Positions 21,946 through 32,485 of a stretch of DNA of 64,000 bases are shown here, piece by piece; position 1 is the stretch's first letter; every line of letters begins with the position of its first letter. The notes beneath the pieces were generated by a model, which saw only the letters and a list, made by a program, of their open reading frames with translations, was not told where the DNA came from and ran no database searches. A program made the translations under genes and the position numbers. The DNA is from Syntrophorhabdus sp. PtaB.Bin027 (GTDB lineage Bacteria; Desulfobacterota; Syntrophorhabdia; Syntrophorhabdales; Syntrophorhabdaceae), in contig MVQO01000218.1 in assembly GCA_002067585.1 (NCBI GenBank), positions 3,455 through 67,454 of the forward strand. The letters run 5' to 3'.

Positions 21946-22092
21946 AGGATCCAAGCTGGTATATATATGAAGACAGTTATTCTTCTGATCTGGTATGGGG
22001 GCCACCACTTGGTAGCTGCTCATGGGTTATAACATGGAGCGCAAAAAACAGGAAATGGATGCCCATACCATGAATAAAAAATACCAGTTCTA

Positions 22093-22108
22093 TGGCACAT
22101 GGATTGCT
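22093..22108 (+). promoter_or_regulatory. sigma-54 promoter (-24/-12)
   Basis: TGGCAC-ATGGA-TTGCT, consensus match with exact spacing. Confidence 0.78.
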
Positions 22109-22153
22109 TTACAGCCTACATTAACACATTTACACCATGGGGAGGAGTAACGT

Positions 22154-22459
22154 ATGGAAAACGAGAAGGATCGGTGTGAACAGGATAGTTTTTCTGGGTT
22201 CATTTTTAATAAGCCCCAGAGGTTTAAGGAGAGTTTGCGAGGGTGGGTCAACCATTTTCATAATATCGGCTGCAAATTCGTAGTGCTTCAACAAGGAGTC
22301 ACGGGACAGTATGTGATTTTTAAAGGGAGTCAGGACACAAGGGAGGATATGGACCGGTCAGTCCCGTTAAGCAAAGTGCTTAATAATGGATATCGTATGG
22401 TGGAATATCTCGATATGACCGATGAGGTTCGAAATCACAAGCACGACACCATGGCATGA
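22154..22459 (+). CDS. Hypothetical protein (101 aa)
   Basis: GGAGGAG RBS, directly downstream of the sigma-54 promoter. Confidence 0.7.
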   Translation: MENEKDRCEQDSFSGFIFNKPQRFKESLRGWVNHFHNIGCKFVVLQQGVTGQYVIFKGSQDTREDMDRSVPLSKVLNNGYRMVEYLDMTDEVRNHKHDTMA

Positions 22460-22592
22460 AGTGGTGTGCAGCACCAGGGATCCATCAGGGGGGTTATTTA
22501 GCGCAATTGCCTCTCGTGAACAAATCGCTATGCATGTAACCAATGCAGAAAGGAGGTTGGCTCGCAGGAGAATATATATCGAGGAGGTAAGT

Positions 22593-23096
22593 ATGGAAAC
22601 CACCAGAGATTTTTTTCAGGGCACGGAAGCGGCACCAATTCTAACCAGGAATGACAACGATACAGCCCTTGCAAACCCGGAACACATTTTTTCATTTCTT
22701 TCCTTAACACAGAATCGTGCTGGCGACCAACCCATGTCTATTGCCCCCTTCAAATTTCGTTCGGCGTGCAAACGGGCCCCTGTCGGCATGTCAGTCGTAA
22801 AAATAGACGATGGCAAGGTACTGTTAAGCAATCCAGCAATGCAAAACCTGTTGGGATACTCAAGGCAGGAGTTAATAGGGATGCCTTTTTCACAGTTTAC
22901 TCATCCCGAAGACGTAGAGAAACAGAAAGAGGCCTATCTGAAAATTAAGAGTGGAAAGCGTGTTTCCTTCGACCTCAAGAAACGATATATCCGCAAGAAT
23001 GGGACTTCTTTTACTGCACATCTTGTATCCACCCTCATCCGTAGATCAGATAGCAAACCCCAGGTTATGATTGAGATGATCATGGAAGAGGCATAA
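22593..23096 (+). CDS. Stand-alone PAS-domain protein
   Basis: Start reassigned to ATG 22593 (GAGGAGG RBS). PAS motifs: SNPAMQNLLGYSRQELIG..FTHPED..KRYIRKNG. Confidence 0.8.
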   Translation: METTRDFFQGTEAAPILTRNDNDTALANPEHIFSFLSLTQNRAGDQPMSIAPFKFRSACKRAPVGMSVVKIDDGKVLLSNPAMQNLLGYSRQELIGMPFSQFTHPEDVEKQKEAYLKIKSGKRVSFDLKKRYIRKNGTSFTAHLVSTLIRRSDSKPQVMIEMIMEEA

Positions 23097-23122
23097 AAGT
23101 CACGGCAGGGAGAGACAGAGCT

Positions 23123-24184
23123 ATGCAATTGGATTTGCGACCTAAGGAGGTGTATGGGCTATTTCCCACAGACATCCTTTTTCAGACAGCCTACTGGAGT
23201 CAGGTAAAATCCCGCCTGGGCTGGAAGGCACTTGCCTTCGATTTCTCAACATCGGGACACAGTGGCGATGTCCTTGTCCTCGCTAAGAATTTCGGGAATA
23301 AATTTTCTGCCGCCTATGTTCCCCAGGGTCCAGAATACGGTCCCGAACCCGAAGATTATGGTCGTTTTCTTGAAACCATGTCTTGTTCACTGGTAAAATA
23401 TCTCGACCCAAAACCCACCTTCATCCGGTATGACCTTCCCTGGGAGTCCCACTATGCCAGGGATATCGCTCAGGGAGAGTACTCTGCTCCTCCAGAAACG
23501 AGGCTGGTGGAGTTGCGCATGAATTTCGGAACACAAACATGGAACCTCAGGAAAGCGGTTACCAACATGACCTTCGCAGATGCCTATGTGGTCGACATCA
23601 CGCCTTCGGAAGAAGAAATCCTCCACTCCATGAAGCCCAAGACCCGGTACAATATACGCCTTGCAAAAAAAAGAGGGGTACATGTCTTTCCGGCATCTGT
23701 GGAGATGTTGCCCAAATTCTACGACCTGTACCGGCAAACAGCAATGCGGGATGGTTTTTATCTGTGCGGGTATAACAGTTTCCTTGCACTTTTTTCCCCT
23801 ATGCCAGAGGAAGCCAATTCACCAGAGGTTCATTTTCTCATCGCTGCCCATGACAACGACCTTCTTGCCTGTGCCATCATCACTATCAGTGGCAAAACAG
23901 CAACATACCTCTTTGGTGCGTCATCGAGCGAAAAAAGAAACCTTATGGGCCCGTATGCAGTTCAGTGGGCTGCCATTTGCCTCGCCCGCTCAAAAGGATG
24001 CCATGTTTATGACATGGGGGCAATCTCACCCACAAAAGATCCTGCCCATCCTTTCTTCGGACTCTACCGATTCAAATCAGGCTTCGGAGGCAGGATTGTG
24101 CACCGGACAGGTTCATGGGATTACCCACTGGATCAAAATCTATACAATACGTTCAGGAACTCAGAGATGATGAGTAGAGAATAA
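23123..24184 (+). CDS. FemAB/FemX-family peptidoglycan aminoacyltransferase-like protein
   Basis: LFQTAYWSQVK, KPKTRYNIRLAKKRGV, YLFGASS, YDMGAI, GLYRFKSGFGG. Confidence 0.88.
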   Translation: MQLDLRPKEVYGLFPTDILFQTAYWSQVKSRLGWKALAFDFSTSGHSGDVLVLAKNFGNKFSAAYVPQGPEYGPEPEDYGRFLETMSCSLVKYLDPKPTFIRYDLPWESHYARDIAQGEYSAPPETRLVELRMNFGTQTWNLRKAVTNMTFADAYVVDITPSEEEILHSMKPKTRYNIRLAKKRGVHVFPASVEMLPKFYDLYRQTAMRDGFYLCGYNSFLALFSPMPEEANSPEVHFLIAAHDNDLLACAIITISGKTATYLFGASSSEKRNLMGPYAVQWAAICLARSKGCHVYDMGAISPTKDPAHPFFGLYRFKSGFGGRIVHRTGSWDYPLDQNLYNTFRNSEMMSRE

Positions 24185-24201
24185 ACCCTCAGGAGGGCGC
24201 T

Positions 24202-24627
24202 ATGAAAAACAAGGCACGATACCTATATATCACCGAGCATGACGCAGAGCAACTGGAGCATCTTATCAAGATAGGAAGCACCATGGATGCTGCACACCTG
24301 GAAACCCTTGAAGATGAATTATCCTCTGCCAATGTCGTCAGCCCAAAAAAAATTCCGCCCAACATCATAACCATGAACTCAACTGTACAGGTAAAAGACA
24401 TGGATTCAGGGGAAGAGAAGACATACACCATTGTTTTCCCGAATAGGGTGGGCATGGTTGAGAACGCAATCTCTGTTCTTGCTCCCATTGGCACTGCCCT
24501 CCTCGGGTATAAAGAGGGTGACCTGATTGAATGGGAGGTCCCGGCAGGAACGAAGCGGCTCAAGGTCCTTAAGATCGTGTATCAGCCGGAGAGGGATGGA
24601 GAGAGAGGTGGTAAATTTTTAGAATAA
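24202..24627 (+). CDS. rnk: Nucleoside diphosphate kinase regulator (GreA/B family)
   Basis: ITMNSTV, ISVLAPIGTALLG, IVYQPE. Confidence 0.88.
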   Translation: MKNKARYLYITEHDAEQLEHLIKIGSTMDAAHLETLEDELSSANVVSPKKIPPNIITMNSTVQVKDMDSGEEKTYTIVFPNRVGMVENAISVLAPIGTALLGYKEGDLIEWEVPAGTKRLKVLKIVYQPERDGERGGKFLE

Positions 24628-24862
24628 TCAGGCAATGTTTCCACACCCTATAATATTCCAGGATTTAAGCTAAATCCGGAGAAAACTACGATGTTTGTCA
24701 TTACGAAAAGGACTAAACTTTTTTGAATGTCAGGCAATCTCCGGACAAGATGTATAAATCTATAAGGTGTATAGGTACAATATTCTCTTATCGCTTTCGT
24801 TAGCAGGTGCCATGGAGACACGATCACTCGTCTTTTGGCGAGAACCATGTCAGGAGGTAAAA

Positions 24863-24979
24863 ATGGGAGACAGAGGTGGTAAAAAAAATAAAGATAAGCG
24901 GCAAAAACAGAAAGCTCGCAAACTCGCAGATAATTTGAAAGAAAAGAAGGAAAAGGAATCCAAAGGCGTTACAAAATAA
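24863..24979 (+). CDS. Small Lys-rich basic protein (38 aa)
   Basis: CAGGAGG RBS; MGDRGGKKNKDKRQKQKARKLADNLKEKKEKESKGVTK. Confidence 0.6.
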   Translation: MGDRGGKKNKDKRQKQKARKLADNLKEKKEKESKGVTK

Positions 24980-25332
24980 GTCTGACAGGATTAGCAGACA
25001 GCAAATGCCGGGAAATTGAGTCCGTCCTTGGCAGGAGGGCAGTTGATCACGGGTGTGGCAAAGCCAGGGGCCACAACAGGGAAAAGACTGGTGTTTGAAG
25101 AACAAAACCATCTGATTAACATGGCCTGAGAGGCAGTCAACCTTAAAATTGGGGGTTTCGAGGCGCTTTTGTGTGTCCTGTCAAGGGTATACATGCACTC
25201 GATGGGCCCAAAGGAACCAACTTCAGGGAACTAAAAAGGCATTGCAGATCAGGAAACGTGGGGACAGGGCTATGCAGGTACGGATCTTTCTTCTGCTTGA
25301 TTGGCTAATGTGCCCAACCAAATGGAGATACT

Positions 25333-25551
25333 ATGCTAATTGGAAAAATCGACAACAAGAAACATGAAAAATTACTTGTAACGGTGCGGGAGCTAAAAGG
25401 TACAAAAATGATAGACTTCAGAATGCATCATCTGAACGTGGATGGGCGCTTGATTGCTACCCAGGCTGGGGTAACATTGACAGTGGATCAGGTTGGGCGG
25501 GCAATTGAGTTGCTTGAGGAGGCAAAGAAAAGGCTGACCGATCAAAACTGA
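25333..25551 (+). CDS. PC4/YdbC-like ssDNA-binding protein
   Basis: LLVTVRELKGTKMIDFR...ATQAGVTL pattern; GGAG RBS. Confidence 0.7.
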   Translation: MLIGKIDNKKHEKLLVTVRELKGTKMIDFRMHHLNVDGRLIATQAGVTLTVDQVGRAIELLEEAKKRLTDQN

Positions 25552-25987
25552 GGGGGCTTAATTCCCTTGGATTACAATGCGAACAACCTTGAATGGTTTC
25601 CATCTGAAGGGAAAACAGACTTGACTGTCTTTAAGGATAACACCTTCAAGGGTTTGTATGGCGTTGAGCTTTGGGCATTCTCTGTTGATTGAGTTTTGTA
25701 TCTTTGTTCAGGAATCCGGCAAAACACCCGGAAAGGCTTAAACAACAGCATTACAAAAAATATAGATAGTTTTTGTGGCTATGACAAATTTTGTCATAAC
25801 ATATCTGGATCCATAGCATTACGTCGTTTACATATGGTCTTCGGGGAGAATGAGCTGGCAATAATTATACTTCCATCCTGGCAAACAAGCCTGGTGAAAA
25901 AATGACTTCATTTTTGACGTTAGGGATTGGTGTATGGATGACGGCAATCAAGTGTTAATTCGGAATAGAGATTTGTAGCAGTGTTCT

Positions 25988-26659
25988 TCACATAGGTTCG
26001 TAAACCGGGCGAATGGTGTACTGTTTTTTAAGTACACTAAGACGACCCTTTTCTACGAGGCTCTTAATCATTCTCGAAACTGTTTCTCGTGAGCAGCCGC
26101 AGGCGCTCGCTATCTCAACCTGAGTAGGTCCGCTCTCAATAATAATACGGTCTTTTACTTTTATTCCCGACTTTTGACCTATATCCATCAGATATTCCAG
26201 GATACGACCCTCGACTCCAAGGAAAGCAAATCTTTTCAGCTTTTCGTTTGCTGCACGAAGCCTTTTCGAAAGCTCTTTAATCATGCTCAGGGCAAAATCA
26301 TTGTTGTCTCTGAGAATCCCCATGAAGTCCTTTCTTCGAATCACCAGCAGTTCACAATGTTCCAAGGTCATGACATTTGCAAAGCCCGACAGTTCTTCAA
26401 AAAGGGAAAGCTCACCAAAGAACCCGTCCTTACTGATGATATCTAGAATATACTCCCTGCCATCCTCATCGTATAGAGAGATTTTAACTCTTCCTTTGAG
26501 GACAATATAAAGGGTGTCTCGCTTTTCTCCCTCTTCAAAAACCATGTAACCTTTATTGAAGGTCTTCACAAATGCAATTTTAGCAACCATCTCAAGCTCC
26601 TGGTCGCTTAAAGTGGAAAACAAACTGACACTACGAATATTTTCTGCGTACAGTTTCAT
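25988..26659 (-). CDS. Crp/Fnr-family transcriptional regulator
   Basis: cNMP-binding domain (GFFGELSL) and HTH with CSRETVSR. Confidence 0.92.
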   Translation of the reverse strand: MKLYAENIRSVSLFSTLSDQELEMVAKIAFVKTFNKGYMVFEEGEKRDTLYIVLKGRVKISLYDEDGREYILDIISKDGFFGELSLFEELSGFANVMTLEHCELLVIRRKDFMGILRDNNDFALSMIKELSKRLRAANEKLKRFAFLGVEGRILEYLMDIGQKSGIKVKDRIIIESGPTQVEIASACGCSRETVSRMIKSLVEKGRLSVLKKQYTIRPVYEPM

Positions 26660-26678
26660 AACTGTTCACCCAAATGTG

Positions 26679-29306
26679 TTAGTTATCCATCAGTTCAATC
26701 ACAGAGCTTAATGCAGCTTTGATTTTATCCCCCGGTACACCGCCCTGTGCAATCTGTGGACCACCTCCGCCTTTGCCGCCATAGTGCTCCATCATCTTCT
26801 TCATCATTTTCCCTGCATTGTATTTACCGAGTAGATCCTTGCTCACTGCAACAATGACCATCCCTTTAACATTATCTCTTGTCCCAACCACAGCAACACA
26901 ACTTTTAACCCTGTCTCTTATTATATCGGTAACTTTTCTCAAATCTTCAGCTCTGGCATTGGGAACGAACAATGAAACAACTTTCACACCATCCTTTTCC
27001 GATGCCCCTTTAATAGCATCTTCCACCTTGTAACCGGTTAGCTCATCTTTTAACTTCTCCATCTCCCGTGACTGGGCATTGAGTTCTGCCACAAGGTTTT
27101 CAATCCGCTCCCTAACACGTTCCGGTTCTGTGTTGGCAACCCGGGCAATCCCCCTGATGGTCGCATCCATCTTTCTTTTGTAATCTAAAGCACTTTTCCC
27201 TGTCACAGCCTCTATCCTGCGTACACCGGAGGCTAAGGAACCTTCGCTGACAATATAAAAACTGCCTATTTCACCTGTGTTTCTTACATGGGTCCCTCCG
27301 CAGAGTTCAGCGCTGAAGTCGCTGATGCTCACTACCCGTACTTCATCACCGTACTTTTCTTCAAAGAGGGCTGTGGCACCTTCACGCATAGCCTCTTCCC
27401 TCGATTTTTTCTGCGTACACACATCAATATCTTCCATGATCTTCTCATTGACGATATCTTCGACCCTTGCAACCTCTGACTCATCCATTGCCTGAAAATG
27501 GGTAAAATCGAACCTAAGCCTGTCTTTATCAACGAGGGAACCAGACTGCTTTACATGGTCGCCAAGTATTTGCCGAAGGGCATACTGGAGAAGATGAGTG
27601 GCCGTATGATTTCTCGCAATGCTCTTTCTTCTTTCAGTATTGATGGACAAGTCCACTACCTGGTTTTTTTTCAGGATGCCCTTCTCGACAACTATGGTGT
27701 GTGAAAAGAGGTCTTCTTTAATCTTCTTGGCTGCGGTTACTCGTGCCGTGCCGCCAGTCCAATCTACCGTACCTTCATCTTCCACTTGACCACCACTCTC
27801 TGCATAAAAAGGTGTTTGGTCAAAAAACGCCTCCCCAGTTTCTCCTGCCCTGATCTCATCGACCATCGTATCATTCTTGATGAGGGTGATGATTCTGGCT
27901 TCAGGAATGCGAACCATGTCATATCCGAGAAATTCACTGGAAATACCTTGCTTCAAGACTGACACATGGACTTGATCAAGGCCCTCGCCCTTTATTCTTG
28001 AAGAAGTTCGTGATCGTTCCTTTTGCTCCTCCAGGGAACGAGCAAAACCATCCATATCCATGGAAAGCCCGTCTTCCTGGGCCATCTCTGTAGTAATATC
28101 AAGGGGAAATCCGAAGGTATCGTACAGCTTGTAAATCATCTCCCCTGACATTACGGATTCGCCTTTTGATGATATCTCATCTACAAACTCATCATAGACT
28201 TTCATGCCCGTGCTGAGGGTCTCAATAAATCTTTCCTCTTCTCCCTTTATGACACGGACAATGTAAGGGTGATTATTTTTGATGTCAGGATAAACATCTC
28301 CCATGATATCTACCACTGTTGACGAAAGGTCAGAAAGAAACTCCCGTTCAATACCTATTTTCTTGCCGTATCGAAGTGCCCTCCGCAGAATCCTCCGCAA
28401 TACATAGCCCCGTCCGTCCTTTGAAGGAAGGACACCGTCATTGATAACAAAGGTAGCGCCCCGTATGTGATCTGAAATGACGCGCATGGCAATATCTGTC
28501 TTTTCATTTTCACCGTACACATTGTGGGAAACATCTTCGAGTCGCGTGATAATGGGCCGGAATAGGTCTGTCTCATAATTACCCAGTTTTCCTTGCATAA
28601 TAGAGGCTATGCGCTCCAAACCCATACCTGTGTCGATTGATGGACGGGGGAGTTTCGTCATTTTGCCATCCCCAGACCGATCAAACTCCATAAAGACAAG
28701 GTTCCATATCTCAAGGAACCGATCACAGTCACACCCTACTGCACAGGATGGTCTTTTGCATCCCACGTGCTCTCCCAGGTCATAGAGAATCTCCGAGCAT
28801 GGCCCGCATGGTCCTTCTTCACCCATTGACCAGAAATTGTCCTTTTCTCCGAGCCTTACGATCCTGTCTTCCCTGATACCGATGCTTTTCCATATTTTTG
28901 CTGCCTCATCATCATCTTTGTAAACCGTTATCCACATCTTTTTTTTGTCAAGTTGATAGATATCCCCCAAAAGCTTCCATGCATAAGCTATTGCATCTTC
29001 TTTGAAATAATCTCCAAAGGAGAAGTTACCAAGCATCTCGAAAAAAGTGTGGTGCCTCAGGGTCTTACCCACGTTTTCAAGATCATTATGTTTGCCACCG
29101 GCACGAACGCATTTCTGACAGGTTGTGGCTCTAACATATTCACGCTTTTCAATGCCGAGGAAGAGGTTCTTGAACTGCACCATACCGGCATTCACAAAGA
29201 GTAAGCTGGGGTCCTTATCAGGAATAAGAGATGAGCTTGACACAATAGTGTGGCCATTTTCGTTAAAAAACTCTAAGAATTTCTTTCTGATTTCGTTTGA
29301 TTTCAC
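26679..29306 (-). CDS. alaS: Alanine--tRNA ligase
   Basis: [49 protein letters not shown]. Confidence 0.98.
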   Translation of the reverse strand: MKSNEIRKKFLEFFNENGHTIVSSSSLIPDKDPSLLFVNAGMVQFKNLFLGIEKREYVRATTCQKCVRAGGKHNDLENVGKTLRHHTFFEMLGNFSFGDYFKEDAIAYAWKLLGDIYQLDKKKMWITVYKDDDEAAKIWKSIGIREDRIVRLGEKDNFWSMGEEGPCGPCSEILYDLGEHVGCKRPSCAVGCDCDRFLEIWNLVFMEFDRSGDGKMTKLPRPSIDTGMGLERIASIMQGKLGNYETDLFRPIITRLEDVSHNVYGENEKTDIAMRVISDHIRGATFVINDGVLPSKDGRGYVLRRILRRALRYGKKIGIEREFLSDLSSTVVDIMGDVYPDIKNNHPYIVRVIKGEEERFIETLSTGMKVYDEFVDEISSKGESVMSGEMIYKLYDTFGFPLDITTEMAQEDGLSMDMDGFARSLEEQKERSRTSSRIKGEGLDQVHVSVLKQGISSEFLGYDMVRIPEARIITLIKNDTMVDEIRAGETGEAFFDQTPFYAESGGQVEDEGTVDWTGGTARVTAAKKIKEDLFSHTIVVEKGILKKNQVVDLSINTERRKSIARNHTATHLLQYALRQILGDHVKQSGSLVDKDRLRFDFTHFQAMDESEVARVEDIVNEKIMEDIDVCTQKKSREEAMREGATALFEEKYGDEVRVVSISDFSAELCGGTHVRNTGEIGSFYIVSEGSLASGVRRIEAVTGKSALDYKRKMDATIRGIARVANTEPERVRERIENLVAELNAQSREMEKLKDELTGYKVEDAIKGASEKDGVKVVSLFVPNARAEDLRKVTDIIRDRVKSCVAVVGTRDNVKGMVIVAVSKDLLGKYNAGKMMKKMMEHYGGKGGGGPQIAQGGVPGDKIKAALSSVIELMDN

Positions 29307-30319
29307 TGTTCAGCCTTTTTCATTTCGTAATGTTCGAGTATTTTATTTTCAATTTCTTTCGCAACCTCCTGGTGCTTCTTAAGATATTCCTTGGTATTTT
29401 CCTTCCCCTGGCCTATGCGCGTTTCACCGTAGGCATACCAGGCGCCTGCTTTCTCTATGACGCCTGCTTCTACACCCAGATCTACCATTTCTCCTTCCTT
29501 TGAAATCCCTTCCCCGAAGATAATATCGAATTCAACCTCTTTAAAGGGTGGGGCAAGCTTGTTCTTTACCACTTTCACCCGCGTCCTGCTTCCCACTACA
29601 TCTTGACCGTCTTTGATAGCCCCAATTCGTCTGATATCGAGCCTTACCGATGAATAAAATTTGAGGGCATTTCCTCCTGTTGTTGTTTCAGGGTTGCCAA
29701 ACATAATGCCTATTTTTTGCCGTATTTGATTTATGAATATTACTGTTGTAAGTGATTTGCTTATGGTGGCTGTCAGCTTTCGTAATGCCTGTGACATAAG
29801 CCTTGCCTGCAGTCCCACATGGGCATCACCCATTTCCCCTTCTATCTCAGCGCGAGGAACAAGGGCAGCTACAGAATCGACGACTATTACATCTACTGCT
29901 CCGCTCCTTACAAGGATTTCTGTGATTTCCAGCGCCTGCTCGCCTGTATCAGGCTGAGAGATAAGGAGGTCATCTGTGTTCACCCCAATTCTTTTTGCAT
30001 AGCTTATGTCAAGGGCATGTTCTGCATCAACGAAGGCCGCCGTCCCACCCCCTTTTTGAATCTCGCTTACAACTTCCAGGGCAAGGGTTGTCTTTCCTGA
30101 TGCTTCCGGACCATAGATCTCCACTACTCTGCCCCGGGGAAGCCCTCCAATGCCAAGGGCCATATCCAGTGCCATCGAACCAGTGGAAACTACCGGGACC
30201 TCTTCCAGGGCTTTCTCACCGAGTTTCATAATTGCACCCTTTCCAAATAGCCTTTCTATCTGGGTTACCGCCATGTCTATCGCCTTTGCTTTATTGCCGG
30301 TTTCTTCTTTCGCAGCCAT
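29303..30319 (-). CDS. recA: Recombinase RecA
   Basis: [29 protein letters not shown]; no intein. Confidence 0.99.
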   Translation of the reverse strand: MAAKEETGNKAKAIDMAVTQIERLFGKGAIMKLGEKALEEVPVVSTGSMALDMALGIGGLPRGRVVEIYGPEASGKTTLALEVVSEIQKGGGTAAFVDAEHALDISYAKRIGVNTDDLLISQPDTGEQALEITEILVRSGAVDVIVVDSVAALVPRAEIEGEMGDAHVGLQARLMSQALRKLTATISKSLTTVIFINQIRQKIGIMFGNPETTTGGNALKFYSSVRLDIRRIGAIKDGQDVVGSRTRVKVVKNKLAPPFKEVEFDIIFGEGISKEGEMVDLGVEAGVIEKAGAWYAYGETRIGQGKENTKEYLKKHQEVAKEIENKILEHYEMKKAEQ

Positions 30320-30469
30320 ACGACCTCCAGTTTTTAAATTCAGCTCACAACTTTAAGCTCCAAGCTGATAGCTCTCAGTTAAATCCGTGACGCGTAACGC
30401 GTAATCGGTGATCTGTGATCTCTGTGTTTTTAATCCAATTCCGATCACGCTTCACTGCATCACTGTTTT

Positions 30470-31051
30470 TTAAGTTTTTTCGTCATTCCCGCCCGTCTCG
30501 CTTTTTCTGCTTTTAAAACCTATTTCCCACAGTGGAGAATAGATCGCCCCCTGCGGGGTCAGGGTACTTCTGAACATGACAAGCCGGTCAACAATAAATC
30601 TCATACCATTCAAGTCTGGAATGTCGCGTTCAAGAATAGGACTCTGTTCCTTCTTTCTCCCAAGGGTTATATGGGGGGTGTAGTCTCTTTTTTCACCCTC
30701 GAACCCAAGGGGCAAAAGTGCAACTTCTATATCATTAAATATCGCTTTTGCGATGTCAACCCCCTTTTCAAGGGTAACCACAATTACTCGGGCCCTTCTT
30801 TTATTTGGGAAAGCATCAATGCCTTTAATGGTTGCCTCAAAAGGCTCAAACTTATCATCAATACTTAATAGTCTCGTTCTTATGTTTTCTACCATGGCTT
30901 CATCGAGTTCACCGAAAAATTTTAGGGTAATATGCTGTCCTTCGCTCTTTACCCACCTGACACCCGTAATGCGTGATGCCATAATCTTTATGATCCCTTG
31001 AAGGTATTCCTTAACAGTGGGAGAAATTTCCAAGGCAAGAAATACCCTCAA
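30470..31051 (-). CDS. thpR: RNA 2',3'-cyclic phosphodiesterase
   Basis: Two HxT motifs (HITL, PHITL). Confidence 0.92.
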   Translation of the reverse strand: MRVFLALEISPTVKEYLQGIIKIMASRITGVRWVKSEGQHITLKFFGELDEAMVENIRTRLLSIDDKFEPFEATIKGIDAFPNKRRARVIVVTLEKGVDIAKAIFNDIEVALLPLGFEGEKRDYTPHITLGRKKEQSPILERDIPDLNGMRFIVDRLVMFRSTLTPQGAIYSPLWEIGFKSRKSETGGNDEKT

Positions 31052-31524
31052 CTCAACCTACCCTCCAAATAATCGAGCACAAGCTTCAGGGCCTCTTCAG
31101 AGGTTTGCTCCTTGATGGAGATTCTGTCACCACTGAAAAGAAATTTGCGCACAACGGTGCTATCTTTGGATGCAAGACCAGCAAATACTGTACCTACCGG
31201 TTTTTCAGGGGTTCCACCACCAGGCCCTGCAACTCCGGTCACGGAAAGAGCAATGTGTGCTTTTGTGGTCTCTCTGAGACCTTCTGCCATGGCCTTTGCA
31301 ACTTCAGCACTCACAGCCCCATTTTTTGTTAATACCCCTTCAGGAACAAAGAGATATAGTACTTTCGAGTCGTTGCTATAAGTAATAAATCCAATATCGA
31401 AGTAGTCTGATGCACCCTGAATATTGGTAATTCTGTTTGCTATATGACCACCCGTACAAGATTCTGCAACCGCTATCTTCATGCGTCTTTCCCTGAGGAT
31501 TCTCCCTATTTTTGCTTCTATCAT
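31048..31524 (-). CDS. CinA C-terminal domain protein (NMN deamidase-like)
   Basis: AESCTGG, GAVSAEVAKAMAEG, TGVAGPGGG..KPVGTV. Confidence 0.92.
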   Translation of the reverse strand: MIEAKIGRILRERRMKIAVAESCTGGHIANRITNIQGASDYFDIGFITYSNDSKVLYLFVPEGVLTKNGAVSAEVAKAMAEGLRETTKAHIALSVTGVAGPGGGTPEKPVGTVFAGLASKDSTVVRKFLFSGDRISIKEQTSEEALKLVLDYLEGRLS

Positions 31525-32000
31525 GTCAGTATCCTCTCTCCAATGATTATAATAATATTTGCAAAAACTCCAGCTACAACATCATCCCCTACAATACCGT
31601 ATCCTTGCCTGAGTGTCTCTACCCGTTTGATGGGGTAAGGTTTTTTAATATCAAAAAACCGAAAGAGAACAAATCCTGCTAACAGGCTGAAAAGTGTAAT
31701 ATTGTGGCCAGCCATAGTGACAAACATACCAGCCACTTCATCGATGATGATATATCGGGGATCTTTCCCCTCAAAAGCAAGGTTATTCAATACAATCAGG
31801 GTGACAACTATAAAAATGAAGACGAAGAGAGGATGAGCAAAAACTGAGGGCAAAAAATAGAGGAGAAGGCACGCAAGGGCTGATCCATATGTTCCGGGCG
31901 CATAAGGTAAATAACCAATTGGGCCAAGCGTCACAAAGGTGTGAAAGACATTATTTTTTGTCGCCGTAGACCTCTTTGTCATCAAAAACCTTTGTGCCAA
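31521..32000 (-). CDS. pgpA: Phosphatidylglycerophosphatase A
   Basis: [30 protein letters not shown]; start uncertain (32000 or 31982). Confidence 0.9.
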   Translation of the reverse strand: MAQRFLMTKRSTATKNNVFHTFVTLGPIGYLPYAPGTYGSALACLLLYFLPSVFAHPLFVFIFIVVTLIVLNNLAFEGKDPRYIIIDEVAGMFVTMAGHNITLFSLLAGFVLFRFFDIKKPYPIKRVETLRQGYGIVGDDVVAGVFANIIIIIGERILT

Positions 32001-32337
32001 CTATATTCCAACCATCTTTCCAGACCCTGTAGAAGCAACTCCAAAATCCTGTGTGGCAGGCGGCAACCTTCTGATCTACCATAATAAGCAGGGTATCGTT
32101 ATCGCAATCAATATAGGTTGATTTTACTTCCTGGAAATGCCCCGAAGTCTCACCTTTCAGCCAAAGTTTCTTTCTCGACCTGGAGTAATAATGGGCTTTG
32201 CCTGTTTTTTTAGTCAACTCATATGCGTCTTGATTCATGTATGCAACCATGAGCACATCTTTCGTATTTATATCCTGAACAACAACAGGAACAAGCCCCT
32301 TTTCATCCCACTTTATTTGATTCATTGTATCTTCCAT
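31951..32337 (-). CDS. hisI: Phosphoribosyl-AMP cyclohydrolase
   Basis: [33 protein letters not shown]; probable start 32325. Confidence 0.95.
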   Translation of the reverse strand: MEDTMNQIKWDEKGLVPVVVQDINTKDVLMVAYMNQDAYELTKKTGKAHYYSRSRKKLWLKGETSGHFQEVKSTYIDCDNDTLLIMVDQKVAACHTGFWSCFYRVWKDGWNIVGTKVFDDKEVYGDKK

Positions 32338-32384
32338 CCCTTACTTTGCGTTTTTTATACTCGACATACTGAAATGATGTTCAT

Positions 32385-32418
32385 ATTGTATCTCCACTTC
32401 TGTGTCATGAGATACAAT
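32385..32418. repeat. Perfect 10-bp inverted repeat in the hisA-hisI gap
   Basis: ATTGTATCTC-14 nt-GAGATACAAT. Confidence 0.7.
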
Positions 32419-32485
32419 TATATCGAGAAAATAGTGTTTTTTGTTCATTTGCACTTCATGTTCCTTTGCATTAAGAAGTGATCCT

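Noticed and set aside
25020-25100. GGGAA / AAGCCAGGGGGCC elements resembling a cobalamin or c-di-GMP-I riboswitch
   Set aside because: Conserved elements are incomplete and not in the required order; no matching downstream gene.
25714-25745. GGCAAAACACCCGGAAAGG resembling a c-di-GMP-I riboswitch core
   Set aside because: Lacks the GACGCAAAG/P3 segment; only a 5-bp hairpin is supported.
30340-30465. Degenerate 7-mer tandem repeats (ACGCGTA x2, GTGATCT x2) between thpR and recA
   Set aside because: Short, low-complexity intergenic repeats; no CRISPR spacer structure and no identifiable SOS box.
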